Shown here piece by piece: positions 28,862-38,687 of a DNA stretch of 64,000 nt; position 1 is the stretch's first letter, and each line of letters begins with the position of its first letter. The translations under genes and the position numbers were made by a program. The notes beneath the pieces are model-generated. The model worked only from the letters and a program-made list of their open reading frames with translations. It was not told the DNA's origin and searched no databases. Origin of the DNA: Phycisphaeraceae bacterium (GTDB lineage: Bacteria > Planctomycetota > Phycisphaerae > Phycisphaerales > Phycisphaeraceae); assembly GCA_963674705.1 (NCBI GenBank), contig OY771506.1:2912001-2976000 (forward strand), in the 5' to 3' direction.

Positions 28862-29914
28862 TTGAATCTTGACAGCCTATTAAGCTGGTTTTCCGTCGAT
28901 ATGGGGATCGATCTGGGCACATGCAACACCTTGGTGTGCGTGCGCGGCGAGGGGATCGTGCTGAACGAGCCCAGCGTGGTGGCAGTCCGCAAGGGGACGA
29001 ACCAGGTTCTGCAAAACGGTAACGCTGTCGGCTGGGTCGCCAAGGAAATGCTCGGTAAGACGCCCGGCAGCATCACCGCGATCCGCCCGCTCAAGGACGG
29101 CGTCATCAGCGACTTCCAGATCACCGAAGCCATGCTCGGGTACTTCATCCGCAAGGTCAACGGTAAACGTCCGTTCGTGAAGCCGCGCGTCGTCATCGCT
29201 GTGCCTTCGGGCATCACAGCGGTCGAGAAGCGGGCCGTGCTGGATTCTGCCGAGCGTGCCGGGGCACGACGGGTGTATCTCGTTGAAGAGCCCATGGCGG
29301 CGGGTATCGGGGCGAACCTGCCGATCGTCGAAGCGACGGCGAGCATGATCGTGGACATCGGCGGCGGTACGACCGAGGTCGCCATCATGTCGTTAGCGGA
29401 CATCGCGCAGTGCGAATCGGTGCGTGTTGCCGGTGACGACATGGATGAAGCGATCATCAACCATATGAAAAAAGCGTACAACCTCATGATCGGCGAGCAG
29501 ACCGCCGAGCGGATCAAGATCGAGATCGGCTCAGCCGCGTCTGATGGTGACGACCGGTCGATGGAAGTGCGAGGCCGGGACATGATCTCGGGCCTGCCCC
29601 GCAAGACCGTTATCACGAGCGAAGAAATCCGTGAGGCATTGCAGGAACCGCTCAGCGCGATCATCGAGACGGTGACGCGGACGCTGGAGCGGACGGAGCC
29701 GGAACTCGCCGCCGACCTGGTGGACAACGGCGTCGTGTTGGCCGGCGGTGGCTCGCTGCTAAGGGGGATCGATACCGTCATCAGCAACGCGACCGGGCTG
29801 GATTGCCGCGTCGCCGACGACCCGCTGACCTGCGTCGCCCGCGGGACTGCGATCTACCTCGAACACCTCGAGGAATGGAAGCAGACCATGGAAAGCGACA
29901 TGGATGAGGCATAG
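28862..29914 (+). CDS. mreB: Rod shape-determining protein MreB
   Basis: GIDLGT.NT, EPSVVA, RPLKDGVI.DF, EEPMAAGIGA, VDIGGGTTEVA. Confidence 0.98.
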   Translation: MNLDSLLSWFSVDMGIDLGTCNTLVCVRGEGIVLNEPSVVAVRKGTNQVLQNGNAVGWVAKEMLGKTPGSITAIRPLKDGVISDFQITEAMLGYFIRKVNGKRPFVKPRVVIAVPSGITAVEKRAVLDSAERAGARRVYLVEEPMAAGIGANLPIVEATASMIVDIGGGTTEVAIMSLADIAQCESVRVAGDDMDEAIINHMKKAYNLMIGEQTAERIKIEIGSAASDGDDRSMEVRGRDMISGLPRKTVITSEEIREALQEPLSAIIETVTRTLERTEPELAADLVDNGVVLAGGGSLLRGIDTVISNATGLDCRVADDPLTCVARGTAIYLEHLEEWKQTMESDMDEA

Positions 29915-29974
29915 CATGTCCGTCCGCTTGTCAGACCCCAACACGCGAAGACCAACAACCGAGGCGATGTGGGT

Positions 29975-30820
29975 ATGAACAGGCCGCCGATTAATGCCAA
30001 GCGCGTGCTCATCTTTGTGACGGTGGCGTTGGTGATTTCCAGCCAGCTGCCGGTGCGGGCTGCGACGTGGATTTCATATCTGCCACATTCATTTGTCTCA
30101 CTGATATCCCAGCCCGCGGTCCTGCTGACGCGCGCATCGACGACGCTACGGCCGCCGCGTGATGATACGGACGAGGTCATCGATGATAAGGACCTGAAGC
30201 ACAAGTACGCCGAGGCGCTCGCCTACATCGACAACCTCGAACAGCAGATCATCGAGCTGCGCAACCTCAGCGAGAGCTTAACTAAAATCGATCAGTTATT
30301 ACAGCTTGAAGATATCCAGATGGCCGGGGCGAGCGTGATCGGGTTCAACGGCGATAAGGAAAATCCCATCCTCACGATCAACATCGGCTCGGATGATGAG
30401 GTGCGTGACGGATTGGCGGTTGTCTGGGGCGCGAACCTGGTGGGGGAGGTGGTCAGTACCTCGGCAAAGACGTCTGATGTAAAACTGATCACCGCGGCGG
30501 ATACGGGCTTCCAGGTTCGTTTTGCCGGGCATTCACCCGATGGCTCAATCAACGCACTAACCGGTTATCTGGAAGTCGGCAAGGACGGCCGGTCGTTCTA
30601 CACCGAAGCGTTTTCCGTAGACGATCCGGTGAACGTGGGCGACCTGGTTTTCCTGGCCGATGATACCTGGCAGTCGCGTGCCAAGGGTTTTATCGTCGGT
30701 GCGGTGGAAGTGGCGGAGCCGCACCCGGACAGGCCTTACTTGAACAAACTGGTCGTGGTGCGACCGATGCTGGATTTAGCACACCTGCCGCGCGTGGTGG
30801 TGTTGGTGCCGAGGGACTGA
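29975..30820 (+). CDS. mreC: Rod shape-determining protein MreC
   Basis: TM, coiled coil, LTINIGS..V..GLAV..LVGEV; follows mreB. Confidence 0.85.
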   Translation: MNRPPINAKRVLIFVTVALVISSQLPVRAATWISYLPHSFVSLISQPAVLLTRASTTLRPPRDDTDEVIDDKDLKHKYAEALAYIDNLEQQIIELRNLSESLTKIDQLLQLEDIQMAGASVIGFNGDKENPILTINIGSDDEVRDGLAVVWGANLVGEVVSTSAKTSDVKLITAADTGFQVRFAGHSPDGSINALTGYLEVGKDGRSFYTEAFSVDDPVNVGDLVFLADDTWQSRAKGFIVGAVEVAEPHPDRPYLNKLVVVRPMLDLAHLPRVVVLVPRD

Positions 30821-31372
30821 ATGAACTGGCTGTTGTTTGCCATCCTGACGTATATCTTCCTGCTGATGCAGGTCGGCCTGAAGCCGCTGTTGGGGATACC
30901 CAACGCGCAGGGGGTGTCGCCGGACTTTCTGCTGATCTTCGCGGTGTTCATCGGGATCCACGCACACAGCCGGTCGGTGGCATGGGCGATGCTGACGATC
31001 GGGCTCATTGCGAACCTGCTGCCCGGGCCGATCGCGGAAGGGCCGATCCTTGGGCCGGAAGCATTAGGTTACCTGATGGGCGCGTTTGCGGTGCTGCAAT
31101 TCAGAACACTGGTGTTTAGAGAATCAGTTGTCTCGCTGGTGATCATGGTGGTGGTCGTCGGGATTTTCATCCAACTGGTGACGATCCTGCTGTACACCGG
31201 GCGGGGGATGCCGCTATTTCTCGGTACGCCCGTGCCCAACTGGGACGTGTGGGACGAGATGTTCTACCGCTTCCTGATGCTGCTGTATTCGGCTGTGATG
31301 GCGATCCCGGTCGGGTTGGTGTTGTTGAAGCTGTCACCCGCATTGATCTCGCCACCGAGTCAGCGGGGGTAG
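30821..31372 (+). CDS. mreD: Rod shape-determining protein MreD
   Basis: Hydrophobic multi-TM with PDFLLI motif; abuts mreC. Confidence 0.75.
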   Translation: MNWLLFAILTYIFLLMQVGLKPLLGIPNAQGVSPDFLLIFAVFIGIHAHSRSVAWAMLTIGLIANLLPGPIAEGPILGPEALGYLMGAFAVLQFRTLVFRESVVSLVIMVVVVGIFIQLVTILLYTGRGMPLFLGTPVPNWDVWDEMFYRFLMLLYSAVMAIPVGLVLLKLSPALISPPSQRG

Positions 31373-31501
31373 GGGCTGGGGTGTAGCGATGCAATCGCTA
31401 ATCTCTGATCGTTAATCGCTAATGCCTCCCAACGCCGGTCCTGAGCGAAGCGAAGGGGCAGGTGTCTTTATGTTCAATGTTCGATGTGGAATGTTCAATC
31501 T
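31373..31501. repeat. Composite intergenic repeat mosaic
   Basis: G-rich run, TAATCGY heptamers, hairpin repeat 31430-31465, ATGTTCR heptamers. Confidence 0.85.
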
Positions 31502-31539
31502 GTGCGGATTATCGATTGAATACATCGACTTCGAGCGTT

Positions 31540-31671
31540 TCACCCTGTCAGAATGATTATCAATCCACCGATGACGGCGGCGCTGATCAGGCCGATGATC
31601 GCCCAGACGACAAACTGGAAGAAGCGTCCCCTTTTGGGTGTCCATGTTGTCGGGGTTTCGTCCTCAGCCAT
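31540..31671 (-). CDS. 43-aa single-TM small protein coupled to galE (absent from ORF track)
   Basis: MAEDETPTTWTPKRGRFFQFVVWAIIGLISAAVIGGLIIILTG*; TGATG overlap with the galE stop. Confidence 0.65.
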   Translation of the reverse strand: MAEDETPTTWTPKRGRFFQFVVWAIIGLISAAVIGGLIIILTG

Positions 31672-32663
31672 CACTTGTCACCGTAGCCATCCGGGTGGTT
31701 CTTGAACCAGCTCCAGGCGGATTCAATCGCCTGGCGGATGTCGGTTTGCTTCGCGCTCCAGCCCAGTTCGTTCTTGATCTTGTCGGCGTTGGCGTAGAGC
31801 ATCGGCGGGTCGCCGGCTCGACGCGGACCTGTCTCAACGGGGATGTCGCAGCCGGTCACCTCACGTGCCGAGTCGATCAGTTGCTTGACGCTCGTGCCCT
31901 GTCCGATGCCGAGGTTGTAGAAGCGTTGGTCGCCGCCCTTCAGTGCATCCATCACCACGGCGTGGGCATCGACCAGGTCTTCAACATGGATATAGTCACG
32001 CACGCATGTGCCGTCCGGCGTGTCGTAATCTTCACCGAACACGGTCACCTTCGGCACCTTGCCAAGCGCGACATTTAAGAGCACGGGTATGATGTGCGTT
32101 TCAGGCGTGTGATCTTCGCCGATGCTGCCATCGCTTGCGCTGCCGGCGACGTTGAAGTAACGCAGGGCGGCGAAGGCGAAGTCTTTATTCGCATGGGCGT
32201 AGTCTTTGAGCACGCGTTCGACGAAAAGTTTCGACCAGCCATACGGATTGATCGGGCTCTGCGGCATGGTTTCGACGATGGGCATGGATTCCGGCTCGCC
32301 GTAGGTCGCGCATGTGCTGCTGAAGACGAGGCGGTTGACGCCGGCTTCGTTCATCGCCTGCAGGAGGCTGACGGTGCCGGCGGTGTTGTTGTCGTAGTAG
32401 GTCAACGGCTCGGTCACGGATTCACCGACGTATGCCAGCGCGGCGAAGTGCATGACGCAATCGATCTGGTTGCCCTTGAGTGCGGCTTTGACCTTGTCGG
32501 TTTCGCGCAGGTCGGCGTGGATGAAACTGACATTGTCAGGCACGGCCGCACGGTGTCCGCGGTACAGGTTGTCCAGCACGGCCACCTTGTGCCCGCCGGC
32601 CAGAAGCCGACGCACCGCGTGCGAACCAATGTAACCTGCACCACCTGTCACCAGAACGTTCAT
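31671..32663 (-). CDS. galE: UDP-glucose 4-epimerase
   Basis: GGAGYIGSH, FSSTCATYG, YGWSK, LRYFNVAG, DGTCVRDYIHV. Confidence 0.96.
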   Translation of the reverse strand: MNVLVTGGAGYIGSHAVRRLLAGGHKVAVLDNLYRGHRAAVPDNVSFIHADLRETDKVKAALKGNQIDCVMHFAALAYVGESVTEPLTYYDNNTAGTVSLLQAMNEAGVNRLVFSSTCATYGEPESMPIVETMPQSPINPYGWSKLFVERVLKDYAHANKDFAFAALRYFNVAGSASDGSIGEDHTPETHIIPVLLNVALGKVPKVTVFGEDYDTPDGTCVRDYIHVEDLVDAHAVVMDALKGGDQRFYNLGIGQGTSVKQLIDSAREVTGCDIPVETGPRRAGDPPMLYANADKIKNELGWSAKQTDIRQAIESAWSWFKNHPDGYGDK

Positions 32664-32694
32664 CTACTACTCCTTCCGAAGCGAATTACTTCGG

Positions 32695-33792
32695 TTATAT
32701 AGCCCGATTGTCCTCACCGGGTTCGGTATTTTTCTCGATTTTCTTCGACGAAGATTTGCCTCCGCCGACCTTGTCTACGAGCAGCGTAACGAAAAATCCG
32801 ACAACTATCAGGCCAACTGACGAACCGGCCTGTACAACGGTCGGTGTGAAGACCTCGGTCGGGTAATCATCCGGCTCAACGAGTTTACCGGACTGCTCGA
32901 ACATAAGTTCGCCCTCGCCGTCCATGAGCACGGTCTGGCCTTTTAACGTTGAGCCGACCTCAGGTGCAACCCCTTGCTGGAAAGGCCAGAGCCCGACAAC
33001 CGCGCCGAGCAAAAGACCCAGCAGAACGCCGAGCGTGGGTTTTTCACACTTCTTCAGCAGCAGCCGAAGCACGTTACTCACCGCAACCACGCCGACAACT
33101 ACACCGATACCGACGGGCAATACGACATGCAGGGCGGGGTCCATCAACGCGCCGACATCGCCTGCTTTGGCTGCGTCTTTGGCCATGGAGATACCGCCTA
33201 GGATCGGGACATACACGCCCAACACAAGCAGCAGGTACCCGCCGCTGACACCCGGCAGGATCATGGCGCTAGCGCCGGCGACGCCCGCGACGAACATCAT
33301 GATGACGCCGGCATTTTCTCCGCCGCCCCCGCCGCGCATCTGGAAGTAAGCAAGGATCGCCATGGCGATGAAGCCGAATACGGCCGCGAACCAGACACTT
33401 GCGCCGGCTTCTTTACATAAGCCGATCAGACGCATCACCACAGGCACGCCGCCGAGCGTCAGCCCGATGAACAGGCTGTACATGATCCAGCGGTGATGCA
33501 CGACCAGGTCCTTGACCGGTCCGGCCAGCAGCACGATCGCAAGCAGTGCCGTGCCGATGACGGAGGTCAGTAAGAGCAGCGATGATTTGCGGAATTTGAA
33601 TGTCGTGACTTCGCCGATGGCGTTGATGAATTTGGGGTACACCCCTGCGGCCAGCAGCATCGTTCCGCCGCTGATGCCGGGTACGAGGTTGGCAAGCCCC
33701 ATCAGGATGCCCCCGATCCCGCCTCGCACGGCCAGCAGGGGTAGGGCGGTGGTATCCGCATCGGTGGGCGGTTGTTGATCGGGTGTGTTCAT
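32695..33792 (-). CDS. DUF368 family membrane protein
   Basis: MGLANLVPGISGGT and AMILPGVSG motifs. Confidence 0.9.
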   Translation of the reverse strand: MNTPDQQPPTDADTTALPLLAVRGGIGGILMGLANLVPGISGGTMLLAAGVYPKFINAIGEVTTFKFRKSSLLLLTSVIGTALLAIVLLAGPVKDLVVHHRWIMYSLFIGLTLGGVPVVMRLIGLCKEAGASVWFAAVFGFIAMAILAYFQMRGGGGGENAGVIMMFVAGVAGASAMILPGVSGGYLLLVLGVYVPILGGISMAKDAAKAGDVGALMDPALHVVLPVGIGVVVGVVAVSNVLRLLLKKCEKPTLGVLLGLLLGAVVGLWPFQQGVAPEVGSTLKGQTVLMDGEGELMFEQSGKLVEPDDYPTEVFTPTVVQAGSSVGLIVVGFFVTLLVDKVGGGKSSSKKIEKNTEPGEDNRAI

Positions 33793-33834
33793 ATAGGCTC
33801 TACATGGACGGCTCAGATGTCGGAGCGGCCTTGT

Positions 33835-36057
33835 TTAGCCGTCGATGATCCGGGCTTGGGGTTCATACGGCTTCATCTCCCCGGTGTTCAGCCGTTTAAT
33901 GTAATCCTTGGCAAGTCTGGAGACCTTCCCGGAGAGGAAGATCATACCGAGGATGTTTGGATATGCCATCGACAGGATCAGCAGGTCGGTGAAGTCGATC
34001 ACGTTTCCGAGGCTGACCATGGGCCCAAGGAAGACGAACATCAAGAAGACTGTCCGGAAGGGCCAGATGCCCCAGTGCCCGAAGAGGTACTCACTGGCCC
34101 GTTCGCCGTAATAACTCCAGGAGATCATGGTGGAGTAGGCGAAGATGAAGACGGCTGCCATGAGCAGGTAGGTAAGCCAGGGGGCGAGGGAACTGAACGC
34201 AGCGGCGGTGATCCCGACGCCTTCGTTTGCAAACTCGGCGCCGACTTCCTTGGTGTGAGCGTTGGTGATGAGGATCGCCAGGGCGGTCATGGTGCAGACG
34301 ATGATGGTGTCGATGAAGGGGCCGATCATGGCGACGACACCCTCGCGGATGGGCTCCTTGGTCTTTGCGGCCGAGTGCGCGATCGCGGCCGAACCGAGCC
34401 CCGCTTCATTGGAGAACGCGCCTCGCTTCACGCCGACGACTAACACGCCCATGATGCCGCCCCAACTGATCGCTTCCTTGGAGAATGCGCCGGCGAAGAT
34501 GTCGGTGAGTAATTGTGGCACAGCCGGCAAATTGGCTAGCACAATAATCATGCAGACCCCGACATAGAACAGACACATCGCTGGGACGAGTTTGCTGGTG
34601 ACCTCACCGATACGTTTGATGCCACCGACGATGACGATGCCGACGAGGATGGTCATGATAAGCCCGCCGACCCATGCGTAGGCATCTTTCTGCTCGGCCT
34701 TCAACTCACGAGCCGCCTGTCGGGCTTGCTTCAGCTCAGTTGCCGCAGCGGCATCGCCGACCTCGACACGATCCAGCAGTTGTTCCTCATTTTCAATCCG
34801 TTGCTCGAAGATGATGTCGCCGACGATGGCGAAGGTCTGGTTGCCCTGGAACATGTTGCCGCCGCCAAGTGAACCCATAATGGCGAAGAAGGCGAACGAG
34901 ATGGCGAGCACCTTGCCGAAGATGCCGCCGAAGAACTTGCCGAAGATCTCTTTCATGCCTTCGGTCAGGTAGACCATGGGGCCGCCGAGTACGTGTTCAC
35001 TTTTACCGGGCAGGGCGGCATGTGAATCGTCTGCCGAGCCGTGGTCCTTGGCTTCCGGGGTGATCCGTCGATAGAGCTGCGCGAGCGTGCAGGAACTGAA
35101 TTTGCTGCTCATGCCGAAGAAGGCGACAACCCACATCCAGAAAACAGCACCTGCGCCGCCTTGGCTGATCGCGATGGCAACACCGGCGATGTTACCCAGG
35201 CCGACGGTTGCGGATAGCGCGCTGGTCAGTGCCTGGAAGTGACTGATTTCACCGTGGTCGTCGGGGTTGTCGTATTTGCCGCGGATGACCTGTATCGAAT
35301 GTGCGAACAGTCGAAGGTTCACAAAGCCGTAGCGGAATGTGAAGAAGATGCCCCCTGCAAGCAGGAAGACGATGATCAGTGGAACCTTGTAGACGCGTTC
35401 GGAAGCTTTGGTGCTGATCGTGCCGTACGCCGCATTGAGTTTGTCGGTCAGTTTGTCGTTGCGTTGATCCCGCGGCAGGGCCTTGTAGTCCTTGAGCACG
35501 ACTTTGGCGCGGGGCAGATCGGTTTCGATGGCCTGCTGCTTGGCTTCGAGCAGATTGACCTGGTCTGTCAGGTTTTTGGCCGCTTTGGTTTTTAAGCGGA
35601 GTTCGCGTTTGTCGCGTCGATCCTCAGGCTCGGTATCGAGCTTCGCGAGGTCTGCCCGGGCTTTGGCAAGGTCGGCTTTCGCATCGTCAAGACTTGGGTC
35701 GAATATCCCGAACGCGGTGTCGTAGAACAGCACGGGCACCATGTACGCGTTGACTGTGCCGAAGATGGAGTCGATCTTTTTCTGGAACCGTTCATTCGCA
35801 GGAAGGGCGGAATCGTCTTCGGGCTTGGGTTCTTCGGGGGCCAAACTTGAGAGCCAAATCACCTCGGCTCGCAATGATTCGTCCTGAATTTTGAGTATCA
35901 CAGGATCGGCAGGTGTATCAGATACTTCTCCAACAGCTTGAGTAGCTGATTGTTCCGATTCGGATTGAGCAAGTGCGAGTTGGCTAAGTGGGCCGCACAG
36001 CAGTAGAAGTGAGAAAACAACGAGATAAGAGATCAGGTCATGACGCCGAATGCTCAA
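33835..36057 (-). CDS. Sodium:alanine/glycine symporter (AGCS family) with long N-terminal extension
   Basis: SHFQALTSALSATVGLGNIAGVA, GAVFWMW, GGPMVY, RGAFSNEAGLGSA, PFIDTIIVCTMT. Confidence 0.93.
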   Translation of the reverse strand: MSIRRHDLISYLVVFSLLLLCGPLSQLALAQSESEQSATQAVGEVSDTPADPVILKIQDESLRAEVIWLSSLAPEEPKPEDDSALPANERFQKKIDSIFGTVNAYMVPVLFYDTAFGIFDPSLDDAKADLAKARADLAKLDTEPEDRRDKRELRLKTKAAKNLTDQVNLLEAKQQAIETDLPRAKVVLKDYKALPRDQRNDKLTDKLNAAYGTISTKASERVYKVPLIIVFLLAGGIFFTFRYGFVNLRLFAHSIQVIRGKYDNPDDHGEISHFQALTSALSATVGLGNIAGVAIAISQGGAGAVFWMWVVAFFGMSSKFSSCTLAQLYRRITPEAKDHGSADDSHAALPGKSEHVLGGPMVYLTEGMKEIFGKFFGGIFGKVLAISFAFFAIMGSLGGGNMFQGNQTFAIVGDIIFEQRIENEEQLLDRVEVGDAAAATELKQARQAARELKAEQKDAYAWVGGLIMTILVGIVIVGGIKRIGEVTSKLVPAMCLFYVGVCMIIVLANLPAVPQLLTDIFAGAFSKEAISWGGIMGVLVVGVKRGAFSNEAGLGSAAIAHSAAKTKEPIREGVVAMIGPFIDTIIVCTMTALAILITNAHTKEVGAEFANEGVGITAAAFSSLAPWLTYLLMAAVFIFAYSTMISWSYYGERASEYLFGHWGIWPFRTVFLMFVFLGPMVSLGNVIDFTDLLILSMAYPNILGMIFLSGKVSRLAKDYIKRLNTGEMKPYEPQARIIDG

Positions 36058-36145
36058 GGTCCGTCTCCTGCCAGAATGGATGTATCACAAGCCCGCCAGC
36101 CCCGGTTAGGCACATGCCCAGTAACGTTTTATACAACAAGCCTTG

Positions 36146-36760
36146 CTAATCCGCTCGAACAAATCGCGGCACCCCGAGGCTCTCACTGACCGCGATATTC
36201 ACCAGCCGGACCGCGTTGACGATTCCCTCTTCATCCCGGGTCGCTGTAAATTTGCCACGCAGGATCGATGAGCCCAGCGTGTCCTGGAAACCCTCACTCT
36301 TATCTGAAAGATTCAATGTGGCCTGCCAGAGATTTGCTTGCAGCGTCTGGCTGCCGAGGTCGTTTTCCGGATAAAGGAAGCCGCCGCCGGAGTAGATACC
36401 GACCGGTGGCGTGTCTGTCCCTCGATTAAACACGATGTATTGAACGGTCGCGTTGGTCGCGGTTTCATCCAGCGGCGTGGCGGCTGCTTTGGGTTTCCAG
36501 AACATCCGCACGATCAGGGCGCGGTTGGGCGCTTCGACCGGGCCATCGGTCAGCAGGATGGTCAATCGGCTCGGGCCGTCCATGCTGTAGATACCGCGAT
36601 CGAAACCGCCGACGGCGATGTCTTCGGGATTGGTTCGGCTCTGGATGGTCAGGGCCTTGTCCGGCGCGCCGCCCGTACCGGCACAGCCCAAGATGAGGGC
36701 GGTGAATACGACCAGTAGTACGAGTCCACCCAACCTGTTAAGCGATATGGCTGGCATCAT
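36146..36760 (-). CDS. Hypothetical lipoprotein
   Basis: LILGC lipobox; start overlaps the amidohydrolase stop. Confidence 0.75.
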   Translation of the reverse strand: MMPAISLNRLGGLVLLVVFTALILGCAGTGGAPDKALTIQSRTNPEDIAVGGFDRGIYSMDGPSRLTILLTDGPVEAPNRALIVRMFWKPKAAATPLDETATNATVQYIVFNRGTDTPPVGIYSGGGFLYPENDLGSQTLQANLWQATLNLSDKSEGFQDTLGSSILRGKFTATRDEEGIVNAVRLVNIAVSESLGVPRFVRAD

Positions 36761-37689
36761 GCCGAGTCTGCGTCCTTGAGAGAATGGGCTGAGGGGATCT
36801 GCAGCGTTTCATGGGTTGATGATGATTCATCCTCGGCCGTGATGTCCGGTTGTGAGATGCCCAGGCATTGTAGGGCGTCCCGTTCGACGATCGACCGCAA
36901 CTGTTCACGCGGGATACTCGGCAGGGGGGTGCCTTGTGTGAACGTGTTGATCGAGTAGATCGAAACGATCGCTTTTTCAGGCCCACAGAACGGGAAGTTG
37001 CTTCCGAAGAGGATACGGCTGGTCGCGCTTTGTTGATGCGCGAGGATCAATGCGTTGTATAGCTGCCACGGCCTTACCGCGAGGTCGCTTAAATCTGCGT
37101 AGACGGTCGGGTGTTTTTCGATCAACGCCAGGCACTGATGGACCCACGGATCACCCAGCGAGGAAACAACGATCTTCAAGTCGGGGAACGAACGAGCGAC
37201 CTCGTCGAGCAGGTAAGGCTGAGCGAATTCGAGCTTGGCATCACGAGCCAGCAGCGTGGCGGACTCGAAAAGGATGGGCATGCCGGTCGCCTGGCACGCT
37301 TCGTAGAGCTCCATCGCGTTAGTGTTGCAGGGGTGGAATGCTTGAGCGGCGGGGCTGACGGTCACGCCGACCAGGCCCAACTCGCGGGCACGTTCGAGGC
37401 TGCGGACAGCATCACCGCGCATCGGATCGATCCCGGCAACACCGAGATACTTGGCCGGGTCTTTGCAGACGTAGCCTGCGACCTGTTCGTGGGTGATTTG
37501 GGCGTCGAGGTACTTGCTGTCGAAGCCGAGGATCAGGGCGTGGCGGACGGGGCTCATCGCCTCATGGTGGGCATCCGGGCAGGCGTCGGGCCTCTGCCAG
37601 GGTTCGACCGGCTTGCGGCGCAAAGTCTCCTCGGCCCGGCCGAGTTGGTTGGCACTTTCCCAAACCCGGGTATGCACATCAACGATCAT
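36757..37689 (-). CDS. Amidohydrolase_2 family protein, metal ligands apparently degenerate
   Basis: MIVDVHTRV, FPDLKIV, VYADLS, ILFGSNFPF. Confidence 0.85.
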   Translation of the reverse strand: MIVDVHTRVWESANQLGRAEETLRRKPVEPWQRPDACPDAHHEAMSPVRHALILGFDSKYLDAQITHEQVAGYVCKDPAKYLGVAGIDPMRGDAVRSLERARELGLVGVTVSPAAQAFHPCNTNAMELYEACQATGMPILFESATLLARDAKLEFAQPYLLDEVARSFPDLKIVVSSLGDPWVHQCLALIEKHPTVYADLSDLAVRPWQLYNALILAHQQSATSRILFGSNFPFCGPEKAIVSIYSINTFTQGTPLPSIPREQLRSIVERDALQCLGISQPDITAEDESSSTHETLQIPSAHSLKDADSA

Positions 37690-37794
37690 AGGGTCTGCCT
37701 CCGGCAGGTATAGACAAGGCGCGTTCCCTCGGTGCCTTGTATGGGGTTCAAATCCATGCCATATCCTAACCGTTTGGCGGATTGAGCGCCAAGC

Positions 37795-38028
37795 GGGAGG
37801 GGAAAGCAGAAAAACAGGAAAGCAGGAAAGCAGAAAATGAAGACAATAGGGGGATATATAAGCCTTTAAAGATCAGTGACTAGCCGGATTTTACGATTGG
37901 ACATGGCACATCGAAGATTGAACATGAAAATACCCGGCCCTTCGCTGCGCTCAGAACCGGCGTTGGGGGAAAGCCATTAGCCTTTAGCGATTAGCCATTA
38001 GCAATACGATCCCCAGACCCTGGACCCA
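37795..38028. repeat. Composite intergenic repeat mosaic
   Basis: GAAAGCAG units, inverted ATGTTCR heptamers, hairpin repeat 37930-37965, GCCATTA heptamers, GACCC heptamers. Confidence 0.88.
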
Positions 38029-38406
38029 TCACGCCCCAATCTTCTGCTCGTAGTCAGCAGCAGACAGCAGTTCATCGAACTGGGCAGGGTCCGATGGGCG
38101 AATCTTCACGATCCAGCCGGCCTGGTAGCAGTCGCGGTTGATGATCGAAGGGTCGTCGATCACTTCCTGGTTGACCTCCACGACCTCGCCGGCGATGCCG
38201 GTGTACATCTCGCTGGTCGCCTTGACCGACTCGACCTCACCGAGCGTATCCCCCTTGCCGACCTCGCCCTCAGCGGTGATCTCGATGAACGTCAGGTCCG
38301 TCAGTTCATCGACCGCAAACCGGCTGATCCCGATGGCAACGAGGTCGCCCTCGAGCTTGTGCCATTCGTGGCTTTCCAAATAACGACGATCATCGGGTGC
38401 GGACAT
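38029..38406 (-). CDS. gcvH: Glycine cleavage system H protein
   Basis: YLESHEW, GEVESVKATSE lipoyl-lysine motif, GWIVKI. Confidence 0.96.
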   Translation of the reverse strand: MSAPDDRRYLESHEWHKLEGDLVAIGISRFAVDELTDLTFIEITAEGEVGKGDTLGEVESVKATSEMYTGIAGEVVEVNQEVIDDPSIINRDCYQAGWIVKIRPSDPAQFDELLSAADYEQKIGA

Positions 38407-38492
38407 CAGGTGTGTCTCCATACACAAGGATTGGGCGGACGAATGCCCGCATCATAGAGCGAGGTCCTTCGCGGTTCAAAATCCCCCAATTC

Positions 38493-38570
38493 CGTTTAGT
38501 GGGCGATCGCAGATCGCCGGGTTTGATTCCTAGCACGGTAACGCGCGGATCTTCGATCCGCCGCTAAACG
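38493..38570. repeat. REP-like inverted doublet
   Basis: CGTTTAGTGGGCGATCGCAGATCGCC ... GCGGATCTTCGATCCGCCGCTAAACG. Confidence 0.75.
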
Positions 38571-38687
38571 AGATGCTAACTATCAAGCAAACAAAACCAC
38601 TGCCCTCATCGGATTGTCAATTGTGCTGAAGCATTACAACCTCTAAGATTAAATGAGATAAACACAATATGATTCCGAGGTGAAACA

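Noticed and set aside
25779..29787. Minus-strand ORFs of 229-328 aa
   Set aside because: Antisense to lnt, HEAT, coiled-coil and mreB genes; low-information translations
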